DNA of 64,000 nucleotides from Candidatus Enterousia sp. (GTDB lineage Bacteria; Pseudomonadota; Alphaproteobacteria; Rs-D84): NCBI GenBank assembly GCA_045613785.1, contig JAZLBQ010000001.1, positions 2,571 to 66,570 of the forward strand, read 5' to 3'. Shown piece by piece: positions 55,474 to 64,000 of this stretch (position 1 is its first letter; each line of letters starts with the position of its first letter). The notes under the pieces were generated by a model. It saw only the letters and a program-made list of their open reading frames with translations, ran no database searches and was not told where the DNA came from. The position numbers and the translations under genes were made by a program.

Positions 55474-55995
55474 TTATTTTGCGACGATAACCATTGCTGT
55501 GCGTAAAACGGTGTCGCCAAACATATATCCAGATTGCATTTCGTCAATAATGGTATTGGTTTTGTTGTCTGGGGACTCAATAACCTGAATCGCATTATGG
55601 AACATTGGATTTAATGTTTCGCCAACTGATTCTATTTTTGTAATTCCAATTTGAGCAAAGGCAGATTCCAGGGCAAGTGCCATTGATTTTATGCCTGCAT
55701 CATCAGGTGCGTGCTTTTGTGCAGCAATAACTGCATCCATTACAGGTAGAATTTTTTCCGCAACAGACATCGCACGATTGCGGGCACGAGATTCAGCGTC
55801 CAGAGCCGCACGACGACGTGTGTTTTCAAGTTCTGCCGCCAGGCGTAAGTATTTGTCTTTGTATTCTGCCAGTTGTTCGTTCAAGCGTTCTTTTTCAGAT
55901 TTTTCAGAACTTTGTGCCTGTGGTGTGTCGTCGTTCGCTGCAACGTCATCAACAGATACTGTTTCGATTTTTACTTCTTTGCTTTCGTCTTTCAT
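55474..55995 (-). CDS. grpE: Nucleotide exchange factor GrpE.
   Basis: Coiled coil LAEYKDKYLRLAAELENTRRRA. C-terminal beta domain ...YMFGDTVLRTAMVIVAK. Confidence 0.85.
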   Translation of the reverse strand: MKDESKEVKIETVSVDDVAANDDTPQAQSSEKSEKERLNEQLAEYKDKYLRLAAELENTRRRAALDAESRARNRAMSVAEKILPVMDAVIAAQKHAPDDAGIKSMALALESAFAQIGITKIESVGETLNPMFHNAIQVIESPDNKTNTIIDEMQSGYMFGDTVLRTAMVIVAK

Positions 55996-56025
55996 AACTG
56001 TTTTTCCTGTTTATATACTATACAC

Positions 56026-56730
56026 TTATTTGACACTGGTTATTATAGGTATGAAATCATCACTTTTCAAGGATGCACCTCCAACTAAAACGCCATCTAC
56101 GTTTGCTATCGACATTATTTCGGCGGCATTTGATCCTTTGACAGATGCACCGTATAAAATTGGAGTGCCACCCAGACCCATGTCAGTCAATGTGTTCGCA
56201 ATCAACGTGTGAGCGGTGGCAATTTCAGATGGTGTGGGAGTCAGACCTGCACCAATTGCCCAGCGTGGTTCGTATGCTACAATAATCGGTGAGTTTGTGT
56301 CTGATGGAATTGATTCACGAACCCCAGATTCAATGACCGACATTGTCTTGCCTGCTTGCTTCTCGTCCATTGTTTCTCCAACGCAAATAATTGGAATCAG
56401 ACCGTTTTCTATTGCGTTTATTGCCTTGTGACGGACAGTGGAATTTGTATCGCCGTGGTATTGACGGCATTCACTGTGCCCGATAATAACGTATTTCGCT
56501 CCGGTTTCAGCAATCATTTTGGCAGAAACTTCACCAGTATAGGCACCGTGGTCGTGTTGGCTTACATCCTGAGCACCAATGTTCGTTTTTCCAGAATTTA
56601 TACCCAACATTGTATATGGAACACACAAAATAACTGTGTTCTCTGTGGAAATATTTGACAGGTCAGAAATCATTGTTTCTAGTTGCTTGCGTGAACCGTT
56701 CATCTTCCAGTTGCCAGCAATAATTTTCAT
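56026..56730 (-). CDS. tpiA: Triosephosphate isomerase.
   Basis: MKIIAGNWKMNGS. Active-site IGHSECR. GETMDEK. Confidence 0.9.
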   Translation of the reverse strand: MKIIAGNWKMNGSRKQLETMISDLSNISTENTVILCVPYTMLGINSGKTNIGAQDVSQHDHGAYTGEVSAKMIAETGAKYVIIGHSECRQYHGDTNSTVRHKAINAIENGLIPIICVGETMDEKQAGKTMSVIESGVRESIPSDTNSPIIVAYEPRWAIGAGLTPTPSEIATAHTLIANTLTDMGLGGTPILYGASVKGSNAAEIMSIANVDGVLVGGASLKSDDFIPIITSVK

Positions 56731-56798
56731 TGCTTTTTCCCTTTTTTTAATTGATTTTTATTTGCTCGTTTTGCTATGGTATCGCAAAAGGGGAACAA

Positions 56799-58211
56799 AT
56801 GCTAGAATATTTAAGAAATGCATCAGAAAAACCAGTCGCAAAGTTTTTTATCGCAGTATTGGCTTTTTCGTTCGTGGGTTGGGGCGTCGCTGAGTGGATT
56901 TTTGGCGGTGGCGTCGGTGATAATACAATGGTTCGTGTTGGAAATACTGAAATTTCTGCAAATCAATTTAGTTTGGAAAAATCTCGTGAGTTGGCAAAAC
57001 TGTCCAAAGAGCAGCAACGTGAAATATATACAGATGCCGCCGCTGGAAATGCTTTTGCACAAAAGGTTATGACAAAGTTGGCAACACAGCAAATGGCAGA
57101 AAATCGTGCAGATGATTTGGGGTTTGTCGTTAGTGATAAACGAATCGCACAGGAAATTCGTGAATTCCCTGAATTTCAGGTCAATGGTGAATTTTCTACG
57201 CTGGCATTTGATACGGTGCTGAATAATTCTGGATATTCTGAAGCAGACTTTGCTGAGGTTTTGCGTGGTAATGTTTTGCGGTCTATGGTTTTGGGGGCGG
57301 TGTCTATTGAAGTTCCTGTGCCTCAGTTCGCAGTTCAGGCAATGTATAATGCACGCTATGGCAGTCGTGAAATCGAATATGCAACAGTTGATTATTCTGA
57401 TTTTGCAGCAGAAAAACCGACTGATAAACAGTTGTCTGAATTCTATGCGAAAAATCCAAAGATTATTCCAGAACAGCGTTCGGTTTCTTATGTGTTTATC
57501 CCAGCTGAAATGGCACAGCCTGATAAGTATGAGGTTGGTTATGCAGCAGCAGTCAAGGTTGAAGATGATATTATCGCTGGCGAATCAATGAAGGATGCCG
57601 CTGAAAAGCATAGTGCAAAGTATGTCAATTTGGGCACGTTTGCACGTGATAAACGACCTGTTGATTCTGTGCTGACGGATAAAATAGTCGCAAAGTTGTT
57701 CGATATGGACGAAGGTCTGGAAAGTGAAATGATTGAAACCAAAGATGGGTTCTTGTTCTTGCGTGTTGATAAGGTTTTACCAGCACATACAGCAGAATTT
57801 GATTCTGTAAAGAATTCTTTGGTTGCTGATTGGCAAAAAGATCAAAAAAAGAAGCAGGCATATGTTCGTGCAAATGAAATCTTGGTCAAGTTGAACAAGG
57901 AAAAGGTTTTTGATGGTGCGAAAAAAGCAACTGTCTCACGTGCATCAGGTGCACCATTAGATGTTTTAGTTGCTGCTTTCCGTAATGATATTGAAACAAA
58001 TGCGATTGTTTCAGGATCAGATGCTTTCTATGTGTTGAGAGTGAAGAGTGCAAAGATGCCAACAGTAGATAAAGCAAAAATGGCAGAATTAAAAAAGGAA
58101 ATGCAGAACGTCTCGAAAAACGGAGTTATGGATGACTATAATTCGTTCTTGATGCGTGAGTATCCAATGAAAATAAACGAGAAAGTATTTAACCGTTTCT
58201 TTGGAAACTAA
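56799..58211 (+). CDS. ppiD: PpiD/SurA-like periplasmic chaperone (membrane-anchored, no obvious parvulin domain).
   Basis: The start was moved to ATG 56799 (AAAGGGG RBS upstream). N-terminal TM helix FFIAVLAFSFVGWGVAEWIF. The SurA-N-like domain is collinear with E. coli PpiD over the first roughly 250 aa. Confidence 0.65.
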   Translation: MLEYLRNASEKPVAKFFIAVLAFSFVGWGVAEWIFGGGVGDNTMVRVGNTEISANQFSLEKSRELAKLSKEQQREIYTDAAAGNAFAQKVMTKLATQQMAENRADDLGFVVSDKRIAQEIREFPEFQVNGEFSTLAFDTVLNNSGYSEADFAEVLRGNVLRSMVLGAVSIEVPVPQFAVQAMYNARYGSREIEYATVDYSDFAAEKPTDKQLSEFYAKNPKIIPEQRSVSYVFIPAEMAQPDKYEVGYAAAVKVEDDIIAGESMKDAAEKHSAKYVNLGTFARDKRPVDSVLTDKIVAKLFDMDEGLESEMIETKDGFLFLRVDKVLPAHTAEFDSVKNSLVADWQKDQKKKQAYVRANEILVKLNKEKVFDGAKKATVSRASGAPLDVLVAAFRNDIETNAIVSGSDAFYVLRVKSAKMPTVDKAKMAELKKEMQNVSKNGVMDDYNSFLMREYPMKINEKVFNRFFGN

Positions 58212-58241
58212 AAAAAATCCCCCGTTTGGGGGATTTTTTTG
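58211..58241 (+). terminator. Family terminator.
   Basis: aaaaaaaatcccccgtttgggggattttttt. Confidence 0.75.
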
Positions 58242-58345
58242 TGGGTAAAATGTTTTGTAGGGTCGGGGTTGTTGCAAGGAATATATATTGTTTTATCTGT
58301 ATGCTGGGTGTATAATAAGTGGGAATAAAATAAAAAGGATTTGTT

Positions 58346-58657
58346 ATGGCGATGATTTATTGTCGTGAATGTGGTGCAAAACATTCTGATAAGGCGGCGT
58401 CCTGCCCAAAATGTGGTTATTCGGCTTGTGCAGAAAAATCAGTGTTGGTTTATGCGTTGTTGGCATTGTTTTTGGGATGCTGGGGCGTGCATAAATTTTA
58501 TGCAGGACATAATGGGGCCGGTGTTGCAATGCTGTTGATGGGAACAATTGGCTGGTTGTTGATTATACCGGGAATTGTGGTATGTATTTGGGCCTTTGTT
58601 GATTTTATTATTGGCTTGATAAATATGAATAATCCTGAAAATATTTTTGCTAAATAA
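58346..58657 (+). CDS. TM2-domain protein with an N-terminal zinc ribbon.
   Basis: CRECGAKHSDKAASCPKCG zinc ribbon. TM2 signature WGVHKFYAGH...LLIIPGIVVCIWAFVDFI. Confidence 0.7.
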   Translation: MAMIYCRECGAKHSDKAASCPKCGYSACAEKSVLVYALLALFLGCWGVHKFYAGHNGAGVAMLLMGTIGWLLIIPGIVVCIWAFVDFIIGLINMNNPENIFAK

Positions 58658-58774
58658 TTGAACGCCCGTTTGGGCGTTTAATTATTTTTGTGTTTGTTTT
58701 GTTTGTTGCTGATGCTGCGTTCCGAACCGACGGTTCTTCGTCCGCACAGGGCAAAATAAAAATCCCCAAATGGG

Positions 58775-58858
58775 GATTTAATTCTGGTGGCCCTGGTCGG
58801 ACTCGAACCGACACTCATTGCTGAACTTGATTTTGAGTCAAGCGCGTCTACCAATTCC
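58775..58858 (-). tRNA. tRNA-Leu (anticodon CAA), with a long variable arm and encoded CCA.
   Basis: Reverse complement: GGCCCCG-TG-GCGGAATTGGTAGACGC-GCTTGACTCAAAATCAAG-TTCAGCAATGAGTGT-CGGTTCGAGTCCGAC-CAGGGCC-A-CCA. The D-arm is identical to E. coli tRNA-Leu. One C6:A67 mismatch in the acceptor stem. Confidence 0.8.
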
Positions 58859-58890
58859 GCCACGGGGCCGTGGACTCAAGCTGTATCTTA

Positions 58891-59259
58891 TTATGCAGCC
58901 TGTTTCGCTTCAACTTTTTTTACCAAACGTGCACTGCGGTTTGCCTTGTGAACTGGCTTTTTCGCAACAGACGATGGTTTGCCGACTTTCTTTTCAATGG
59001 CTTTTTTGATTGCCGCCATTTCTTCGGTCAAACGTGATACTGGTTTTGATGTTACATAACCGTCTAGACCGCCGTGCTTGGTCAATGTCCGCAAGCCAGC
59101 AGTAGAAATGCGTAATGAAAAATCACGTCCCAAAATATCACTGTGGAACTTTAATGTTTGTAGATTTGGCAAGAAAGTCCGCTTAGTGCGACGATGTGAG
59201 TGGGAAACGTTCATCCCAACTTCTGTTTTCTTACCTGTAACTTTACATACACGTGGCAT
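58891..59259 (-). CDS. rpmB: 50S ribosomal protein L28, with an alphaproteobacterial-type C-terminal extension.
   Basis: MPRVCKVTGKKTEVGMNVSHSHRRTKRTFLPNLQ matches the L28 consensus MSRVCQVTGKRPxxGNNxSHAxNxTKRRFxPNL. Confidence 0.85.
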   Translation of the reverse strand: MPRVCKVTGKKTEVGMNVSHSHRRTKRTFLPNLQTLKFHSDILGRDFSLRISTAGLRTLTKHGGLDGYVTSKPVSRLTEEMAAIKKAIEKKVGKPSSVAKKPVHKANRSARLVKKVEAKQAA

Positions 59260-59346
59260 AATACTTTACCTTTAATTTATAGCGGATATGAATTTATAAC
59301 AAATTTATACAAATGTCAAGTGATGATTTGTCTTTTTTGTTATTTT

Positions 59347-60753
59347 TTATTGATGCTCTGGTTTTATTAGGTCAGAAATCGTTTTCGCAGGCGTAAATGT
59401 GGATTGTGGTGTTTCAATAAACACGGTATTCCAATGTGCCATAGCACCGTTCCAAAGGCCCGGGCGTTCCATTGCACGTATAGGATGACCTTGGTAAGAT
59501 TTTTCCGAGATAAAGCCAGTGTTTGGATCAATGAATTTACGCAGGTCAAATTTATCTCCCTTAAAATCACGAACAAAGCAGACCAAGTCCACGGGGTTAA
59601 AATATTGACCTTGGGTTAAGATGTCTTGCTGTGATGGGGATATTTGACTGGATTCAACTATTTGTAAAGTTTCGTTGCCGTCGCTGTCAAGTGTCCAGAA
59701 TGGACCACCACCAGGGGCACCTGTGTTGGCAACCATACCACAAACCCTTAACGGGCGGTTCAGAATAGAACGTAGGTCGGCATTTGTGCTTGGGCGGTAG
59801 CCTAAATAAGTTTTTATAAATTCTTTGATTTCGTCTGTGTTGGCGGTGTCGCTATCGATTGCATGAATATAATCAAATATTTTTTGCTGGATAAACAGAC
59901 CGATATTCATTAGTTGACGTTTAGTTCTGATTGTGTCGGCACGTTTATTGTCAGGACAGACGTTGTCGATATTCTTTATAAATATAATGTCTGCATCAAT
60001 GTCGTTTAGGTTTTCAATCAATGCACCGTGGCCTGCCGGACGAAATACAGGTTGACCATTGTCATCATAAAATATGCTGTTGTCTGGATTTACGGCGATT
60101 GTATTAGTTTCTGTTTTTTGTGTTGATAATGAAACTTTGTATTCTAAGCCGAATTTAGAACGATACTCGTCGACAAGTGTTGGGATTAGTTCATTGAATT
60201 TATCAATATGTTCAGGTGAAACTGTGAAATGCAGGTTGACAATACCGTTTGAAGCAGCGTATTTTGCACCTTCGGCAAAGTGTTCTGCCAGGGCAGTGCG
60301 GTTTTCGTTGTCGTATTTATGGAATTTTAGCAGGCCTTTGGGAAGGTGACCGTAATCTAGACCTGGGGCGTTTACAATATAATTTATTATATCGTGTGGT
60401 GTTGCGTTGTCTGGCAGTATTTTCTGTAAGTCTTTGTAAAATGCGAATTTTTCAGGGTTGTCCAAGACAGATTGTGTGGTCTGGTTCATTTGACCAGATG
60501 ATAAAAAATCGAATAAATCACGAAACATACGAGTCGCAGCACCAGATGCTGGAACAAATTTTACTATTTCATAGTTGTCTGTTGAATAATCGGGGGTGTC
60601 AAATGGGGCGGTTATTCCGTTGCCCAGTGTCGCAGCAGATGTGATTTCTGTAAAGGGAAAACCTGATTTGAAATTGTTTATCTGTTTCAGGACTTCATCC
60701 AGTGTTGGGCCGTTTGGATTGTTGTATTCATTGATGAAATTTTTTTCTGTCAT
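59347..60753 (-). CDS. Conserved hypothetical protein (468 aa).
   Basis: Intact ORF with no signal peptide. I recognise no catalytic motif with confidence. Transcribed divergently from clpB. Confidence 0.5.
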   Translation of the reverse strand: MTEKNFINEYNNPNGPTLDEVLKQINNFKSGFPFTEITSAATLGNGITAPFDTPDYSTDNYEIVKFVPASGAATRMFRDLFDFLSSGQMNQTTQSVLDNPEKFAFYKDLQKILPDNATPHDIINYIVNAPGLDYGHLPKGLLKFHKYDNENRTALAEHFAEGAKYAASNGIVNLHFTVSPEHIDKFNELIPTLVDEYRSKFGLEYKVSLSTQKTETNTIAVNPDNSIFYDDNGQPVFRPAGHGALIENLNDIDADIIFIKNIDNVCPDNKRADTIRTKRQLMNIGLFIQQKIFDYIHAIDSDTANTDEIKEFIKTYLGYRPSTNADLRSILNRPLRVCGMVANTGAPGGGPFWTLDSDGNETLQIVESSQISPSQQDILTQGQYFNPVDLVCFVRDFKGDKFDLRKFIDPNTGFISEKSYQGHPIRAMERPGLWNGAMAHWNTVFIETPQSTFTPAKTISDLIKPEHQ

Positions 60754-60839
60754 TTGCTGCTTTCCCTTGGTTTGTGATGTTTTCTATATGCTAGCCAAAA
60801 AATGATTCTGGTGCAAGTATGGGGATTTGTTCTTGTATC

Positions 60840-60867
60840 CTTGAAAGGTGTGATTGTGGCACTATAT
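60840..60867 (+). promoter_or_regulatory. Sigma-32 (RpoH) type heat-shock promoter upstream of clpB.
   Basis: CTTGAAA (60840-60846), a 13-nt spacer, CACTATAT (60860-60867), compared with the sigma-32 consensus CTTGAAA-N13-14-CCCCATNT. AAGGAG RBS 8 nt before the ATG at 60902. Confidence 0.55.
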
Positions 60868-60901
60868 ATAGTGCAAATAAAACAATTCAAGGAGCATATA
60901 T

Positions 60902-62959
60902 ATGAATCCAGATGATTTAAACGAATCGCCAAAGCAAGCGATTGAAAAATATACTACGGATTTTACAAAGTTGGCGGCTGATGGAAAGTTAGACCCTGTG
61001 ATTGGGCGTGATGAAGAAATTAGACGTGCAATTCAGGTTTTAAGTCGTCGAACCAAGAATAATCCCGTTTTAATTGGTAATCCGGGGGTTGGAAAGACTG
61101 CGATTGTAGAAGGGTTGGCGAATCGCATTGTTTCGGGAGATGTGCCAGAAAATCTGTTGAAAAAGCAGCTGTTGAGCCTGGATATGGGGGCATTGATGGC
61201 GGGTGCGTCATTTCGTGGTCAGTTTGAAGGTCGGTTAAAGGCGATATTAAAGGCGGTCAAAGAAGCCGACGGTAAAATTATTTTGTTTATTGATGAATTG
61301 CACACATTGGTTGGGGCAGGCAAAGGTGAAGGCAGTATGGATGCCGCAAATCTGTTAAAGCCAATGCTGGCACGTGGTGAACTGCACTGCTTGGGGGCGA
61401 CGACACTGGACGAATATCGTCAATATATAGAAAAGGACCCAGCGTTGGCACGTCGTTTCCAGCCAGTTTATGTTGATGAGCCAACGGTTGATGATACTAT
61501 TTCTATCCTGCGTGGGTTAAAAGAAAAATACGAAGGACATCATGGGGTGCGAATCGCTGATGCGGCGTTGGTTTCGGCAGTGAAATTGTCGAATCGGTAT
61601 ATCACAGACAGATTTTTGCCGGATAAGGCCATAGACTTGATTGACGAAGCGGCCGCTCGTGTTCGTATTGAAATTGCTTCAAAGCCAGATAGATTAGATG
61701 AAGTTGATCGCCATTTGATGCAGTTGAAAATAGAACAACAGGCCTTGAAAAAAGAAAAAGATGATGAATCCAAAAAGCGGCTGAAAGATTTGGAAAAAAT
61801 TATCAAGGATGTAGAGCAGGAATCTGCTGTTTTGACCGATAAATGGCGGGCAGAACAACAAAAGATGCGTGGTTTGTCAGATGCAATGGCGGCATTGGAT
61901 GCAGCCAAGGCCGAAGTCGCAACGGCAATGCGTAATGGCGACTATGAAAAGGCATCTGCATTGCAATATGGGAAAATTCCAGAATTAGAAGAACGTATTG
62001 CTAAAATGAATTCAGATGCACGTGAGTATAAAACGGTGTTGCCGGAACATATTGCCGCAGTTGTCAGCAAATGGACAGGTGTTCCAGCGGATAGATTAAA
62101 TGCCGAAGAACAGTCAAAATTGCTGAATATCGAAGATGAATTGCGTAAACGTGTTGTCGGTCAGGATCATGCGTTGGGTGTCGTTGCCCGTGCAATCAGA
62201 CGTAGTCGTGCGGGGCTAAGTGATCCACGCAGACCAATGGGCAGTTTTATGTTCTTGGGGCCAACAGGCGTCGGTAAGACCGAGGTTGCAAAATCATTGG
62301 CAGAATATTTGTTTAATGATGATGCTGCCATGACACGAATCGATATGAGCGAATATATGGAGCCACATTCTGTTTCACGCCTGATTGGCAGTCCCCCAGG
62401 GTATGTCGGGTATGAACAAGGTGGTGTCCTGACAGAAAGTGTTCGACGTCGTCCATATCAGGTTTTGTTGTTTGATGAAATAGAAAAGGCAAATCCAGAT
62501 GTGTTCAATGTTTTCTTGCAGATATTGGACGATGGACGTTTGACTGATGGTCAGGGACATGTGGTGAATTTCACAAACACAATTATCATAATGACCAGCA
62601 ATTTGCCAGATATGGATGCGGTAAAGCGTAATTTCAGACCGGAATTTGTAAATAGAATTGATGAAATTGTGTTCTTTAACCCATTGGGCAAAGATGTGAT
62701 GGCGGGTATTGTGCGGATTCAGTTGCATGGCTTGGAAAAGCGGTTGTCTGAACGCAGGATTGAATTAAATATCACAGACAAGGCTATCAAGTGGCTGGGA
62801 GATAATGGATATGATGCGGTCTTTGGTGCACGTCCGTTAAAACGCCTGATAACATCAGCAGTCGAAGACAAGATTGCTGATTTAATACTGACCGGTTCAA
62901 TCGGTGAGGGCAGCACAGTATATATAGATGTCAAAGGCAAGGATTTGACAGTTGGTTAA
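60902..62959 (+). CDS. clpB: ClpB disaggregase lacking the N-terminal domain (685 aa; NBD1, coiled-coil M-domain, NBD2).
   Basis: It starts at the equivalent of E. coli ClpB residue about 150 ([55 protein letters not shown]). Walker A in both NBDs ([16 protein letters not shown]). The long M-domain coiled coil is typical of ClpB rather than ClpA. Only 148 nt of non-coding sequence lie upstream. Confidence 0.85.
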   Translation: MNPDDLNESPKQAIEKYTTDFTKLAADGKLDPVIGRDEEIRRAIQVLSRRTKNNPVLIGNPGVGKTAIVEGLANRIVSGDVPENLLKKQLLSLDMGALMAGASFRGQFEGRLKAILKAVKEADGKIILFIDELHTLVGAGKGEGSMDAANLLKPMLARGELHCLGATTLDEYRQYIEKDPALARRFQPVYVDEPTVDDTISILRGLKEKYEGHHGVRIADAALVSAVKLSNRYITDRFLPDKAIDLIDEAAARVRIEIASKPDRLDEVDRHLMQLKIEQQALKKEKDDESKKRLKDLEKIIKDVEQESAVLTDKWRAEQQKMRGLSDAMAALDAAKAEVATAMRNGDYEKASALQYGKIPELEERIAKMNSDAREYKTVLPEHIAAVVSKWTGVPADRLNAEEQSKLLNIEDELRKRVVGQDHALGVVARAIRRSRAGLSDPRRPMGSFMFLGPTGVGKTEVAKSLAEYLFNDDAAMTRIDMSEYMEPHSVSRLIGSPPGYVGYEQGGVLTESVRRRPYQVLLFDEIEKANPDVFNVFLQILDDGRLTDGQGHVVNFTNTIIIMTSNLPDMDAVKRNFRPEFVNRIDEIVFFNPLGKDVMAGIVRIQLHGLEKRLSERRIELNITDKAIKWLGDNGYDAVFGARPLKRLITSAVEDKIADLILTGSIGEGSTVYIDVKGKDLTVG

Positions 62960-62990
62960 AAAAAATCCCCGTTTGCGGATTTTTTTTTGG
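62959..62990 (+). terminator. Family terminator with a degenerate stem.
   Basis: aaaaaaaatccccgtttgcggattttttttt, one mismatch in the ATCCCC/GGGGAT stem. Confidence 0.6.
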
Positions 62991-63031
62991 CAAAAGTTAG
63001 ATGGTTTTATTTTTTTATTTTTTTTTTGGGA

Positions 63032-63060
63032 TTGACAGAAGGGGGGGGGGTCAGATAAAA
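63032..63060 (+). promoter_or_regulatory. Near-consensus sigma-70 promoter whose spacer contains a G10 homopolymer; candidate phase-variable promoter.
   Basis: TTGACA (63032-63037). The spacer gaa-GGGGGGGGGG-tcag is 17 nt. ATAAAA / TAAAAT -10 (63055-63061). The downstream gene starts at 63135. Confidence 0.5.
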
Positions 63061-63134
63061 TAAACCAAAAGGTGTTAAAATTTTTTTTTAGCATTTTATA
63101 GAATGTTTTTGAAAGAAACAGGAGAGGAAATCAG

Positions 63135-64000
63135 ATGAAACGTGTGTTTATCAGGTTGTTTGGCTGTGTCTTGTCTGCAATCGGATTGGGGGCGTCGTAT
63201 GATACGACAATGACGCTTGTGATGGGCAAAGACAAGGCGCCAGGTTCAGCGTGGGCGGCAGCAAATGACAGTTGTTATTATAATTCTGGCTGTATTCCAT
63301 CAGGAATGTATACTAGTTCGTCTGGTATAACAGGTATAACAAGTGAGTGTAATAATGAAGATGGTGGGAAGTATAGCTATCATGTTCTTTTACGGCCTTT
63401 TTATGTTGGTTGGCTTAACAAGAGTTATTCGGGAACACCTATTACTGGAGAGTGGCCGTTGAATTTTGGCGGCAATAGTCGTGTGGATATCGATTATACC
63501 TTTAGTGGGACAGGTGGTATTTATCCACTTCAAGGGTCGTTTTATAAGTGTACTTCCAATACGCCGCAGGCCTCGACCACATTGAGCTTGTGTAGTCGTT
63601 ATGATGGTATTGGATATGGGACATCCACTGGTGTGGGTGATAGTCCAGATAATTTGTCTTTTAGAAACGGTTGTGTTCTAAATAGTGAAGAAGTTGGTGG
63701 AGTAAGTTATGATAACTATTATGCTGGCTCTAAAAGATATGGTGCGGTATATATGTATTCTCCTCAGCCGTTTATAGATTTGGGTTGTTGTTCGTATGGG
63801 GGGGGGTCTGGCTCTTCTGGTTCTACTTCTTCTGGTTCTGGTTCTTCTGGCTCTGGTGCTGCTTCTACTTCTGGAACAACTACGTCATGCAAGTGTTATT
63901 ATGCACAAGCGACACAGGAATATTCTTATTATTATTATAAAACGGCCTCTTCTACAGATACAGCTGGATGGGTTTATACACATACAGTTCCTTTTTATGA
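63135..64000 (+). CDS. Partial CDS (5' part; runs off the window end) for a secreted Cys-rich protein with a Ser/Gly linker.
   Basis: I translated it by hand: MKRVFIRLFGCVLSAIGLGASYDTTMTLVMGKDKAPGSAWAAANDSCYYNSGC... The frame is open to position 64000. A GGAGAGG RBS lies upstream. It contains GCCSYGGGSGSSGSTSSGSGSSGSGAASTSGTTTSCKCYY, encoded by a ggttct/ggctct repeat. A G9 tract at 63798-63806 lies in the CDS. Confidence 0.6.
   Translation, partial: MKRVFIRLFGCVLSAIGLGASYDTTMTLVMGKDKAPGSAWAAANDSCYYNSGCIPSGMYTSSSGITGITSECNNEDGGKYSYHVLLRPFYVGWLNKSYSGTPITGEWPLNFGGNSRVDIDYTFSGTGGIYPLQGSFYKCTSNTPQASTTLSLCSRYDGIGYGTSTGVGDSPDNLSFRNGCVLNSEEVGGVSYDNYYAGSKRYGAVYMYSPQPFIDLGCCSYGGGSGSSGSTSSGSGSSGSGAASTSGTTTSCKCYYAQATQEYSYYYYKTASSTDTAGWVYTHTVPFY

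Noticed and set aside
55691-56212. 173-aa plus-strand ORF spanning grpE and the tpiA 3' end.
   Set aside because: It is antisense to two confidently identified genes, grpE and tpiA. It is Ser/Ala-rich low complexity.
60754-60901. I considered that clpB was a 5'-truncated pseudogene.
   Set aside because: The ORF has a strong RBS and a heat-shock-type promoter and runs intact through both NBDs. The upstream 148 nt contain no N-domain remnant in any frame. It is more likely a naturally short ClpB.
1-64000. I searched for CRISPR arrays, integrase or transposase genes, IS inverted repeats and rRNA, SRP, tmRNA or RNase P RNAs.
   Set aside because: No regularly spaced direct repeats. No tyrosine or serine recombinase or DDE motifs in any listed ORF. 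No recognisable conserved cores of these RNAs. The only dispersed repeats are the terminator hairpin family and the tRNA-Gln partial duplication.

Overview
AT-rich (about 40% GC by eye) chromosomal window from an alphaproteobacterium. The 366-aa DPPY-motif methyltransferase is collinear with Caulobacter CcrM, and L28 and L9 carry alphaproteobacterial-style extensions. Housekeeping genes are present: infA, rpsA, adk, rpsF-rpsR-rplI, tyrS, ctpA, ccrM, nrdR, slt, rnhB, pgk, ssb, rpsB-tsf, grpE, tpiA, ppiD-like, rpmB, clpB, tRNA-Gln and tRNA-Leu. They are interleaved with many genes for secreted or surface proteins that look host-interaction related: an ankyrin-repeat subtilase-like autotransporter, a second subtilase autotransporter, a chlamydial-Pmp-like autotransporter, and a Doc/Fic-like protein paired with an APH-like kinase. 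A 3-4 member paralogous family of large cysteine-rich secreted proteins flanks infA. A eukaryote-like Cys-repeat protein lies between pgk and ssb. This gene content suggests a host-associated or intracellular lifestyle. The most system-like novelty is a 4-gene minus-strand operon at 31.4-35.4 kb: a MotA/TolQ-like proton channel, a MotB-like protein with an OmpA domain and a long coiled coil, and two paralogous glycine-rich proteins. It matches no flagellar, Tol-Pal, Ton or Zorya layout that I recognise. A tRNA-Gln gene at 24.4 kb has a promoter plus 5'-half pseudo-copy 4.9 kb away; together they bracket a 3-gene operon that encodes an 1108-aa tripartite membrane protein. A G10 tract sits in the spacer of a near-consensus sigma-70 promoter ahead of a secreted Cys-rich gene at the 3' edge. 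G8 and G9 tracts sit inside two surface-protein genes. At least 12 terminators share an almost identical AAAAATCCCCC-N3-4-GGGGGATTTTT hairpin. No CRISPR array, integrase, transposase or rRNA was found.
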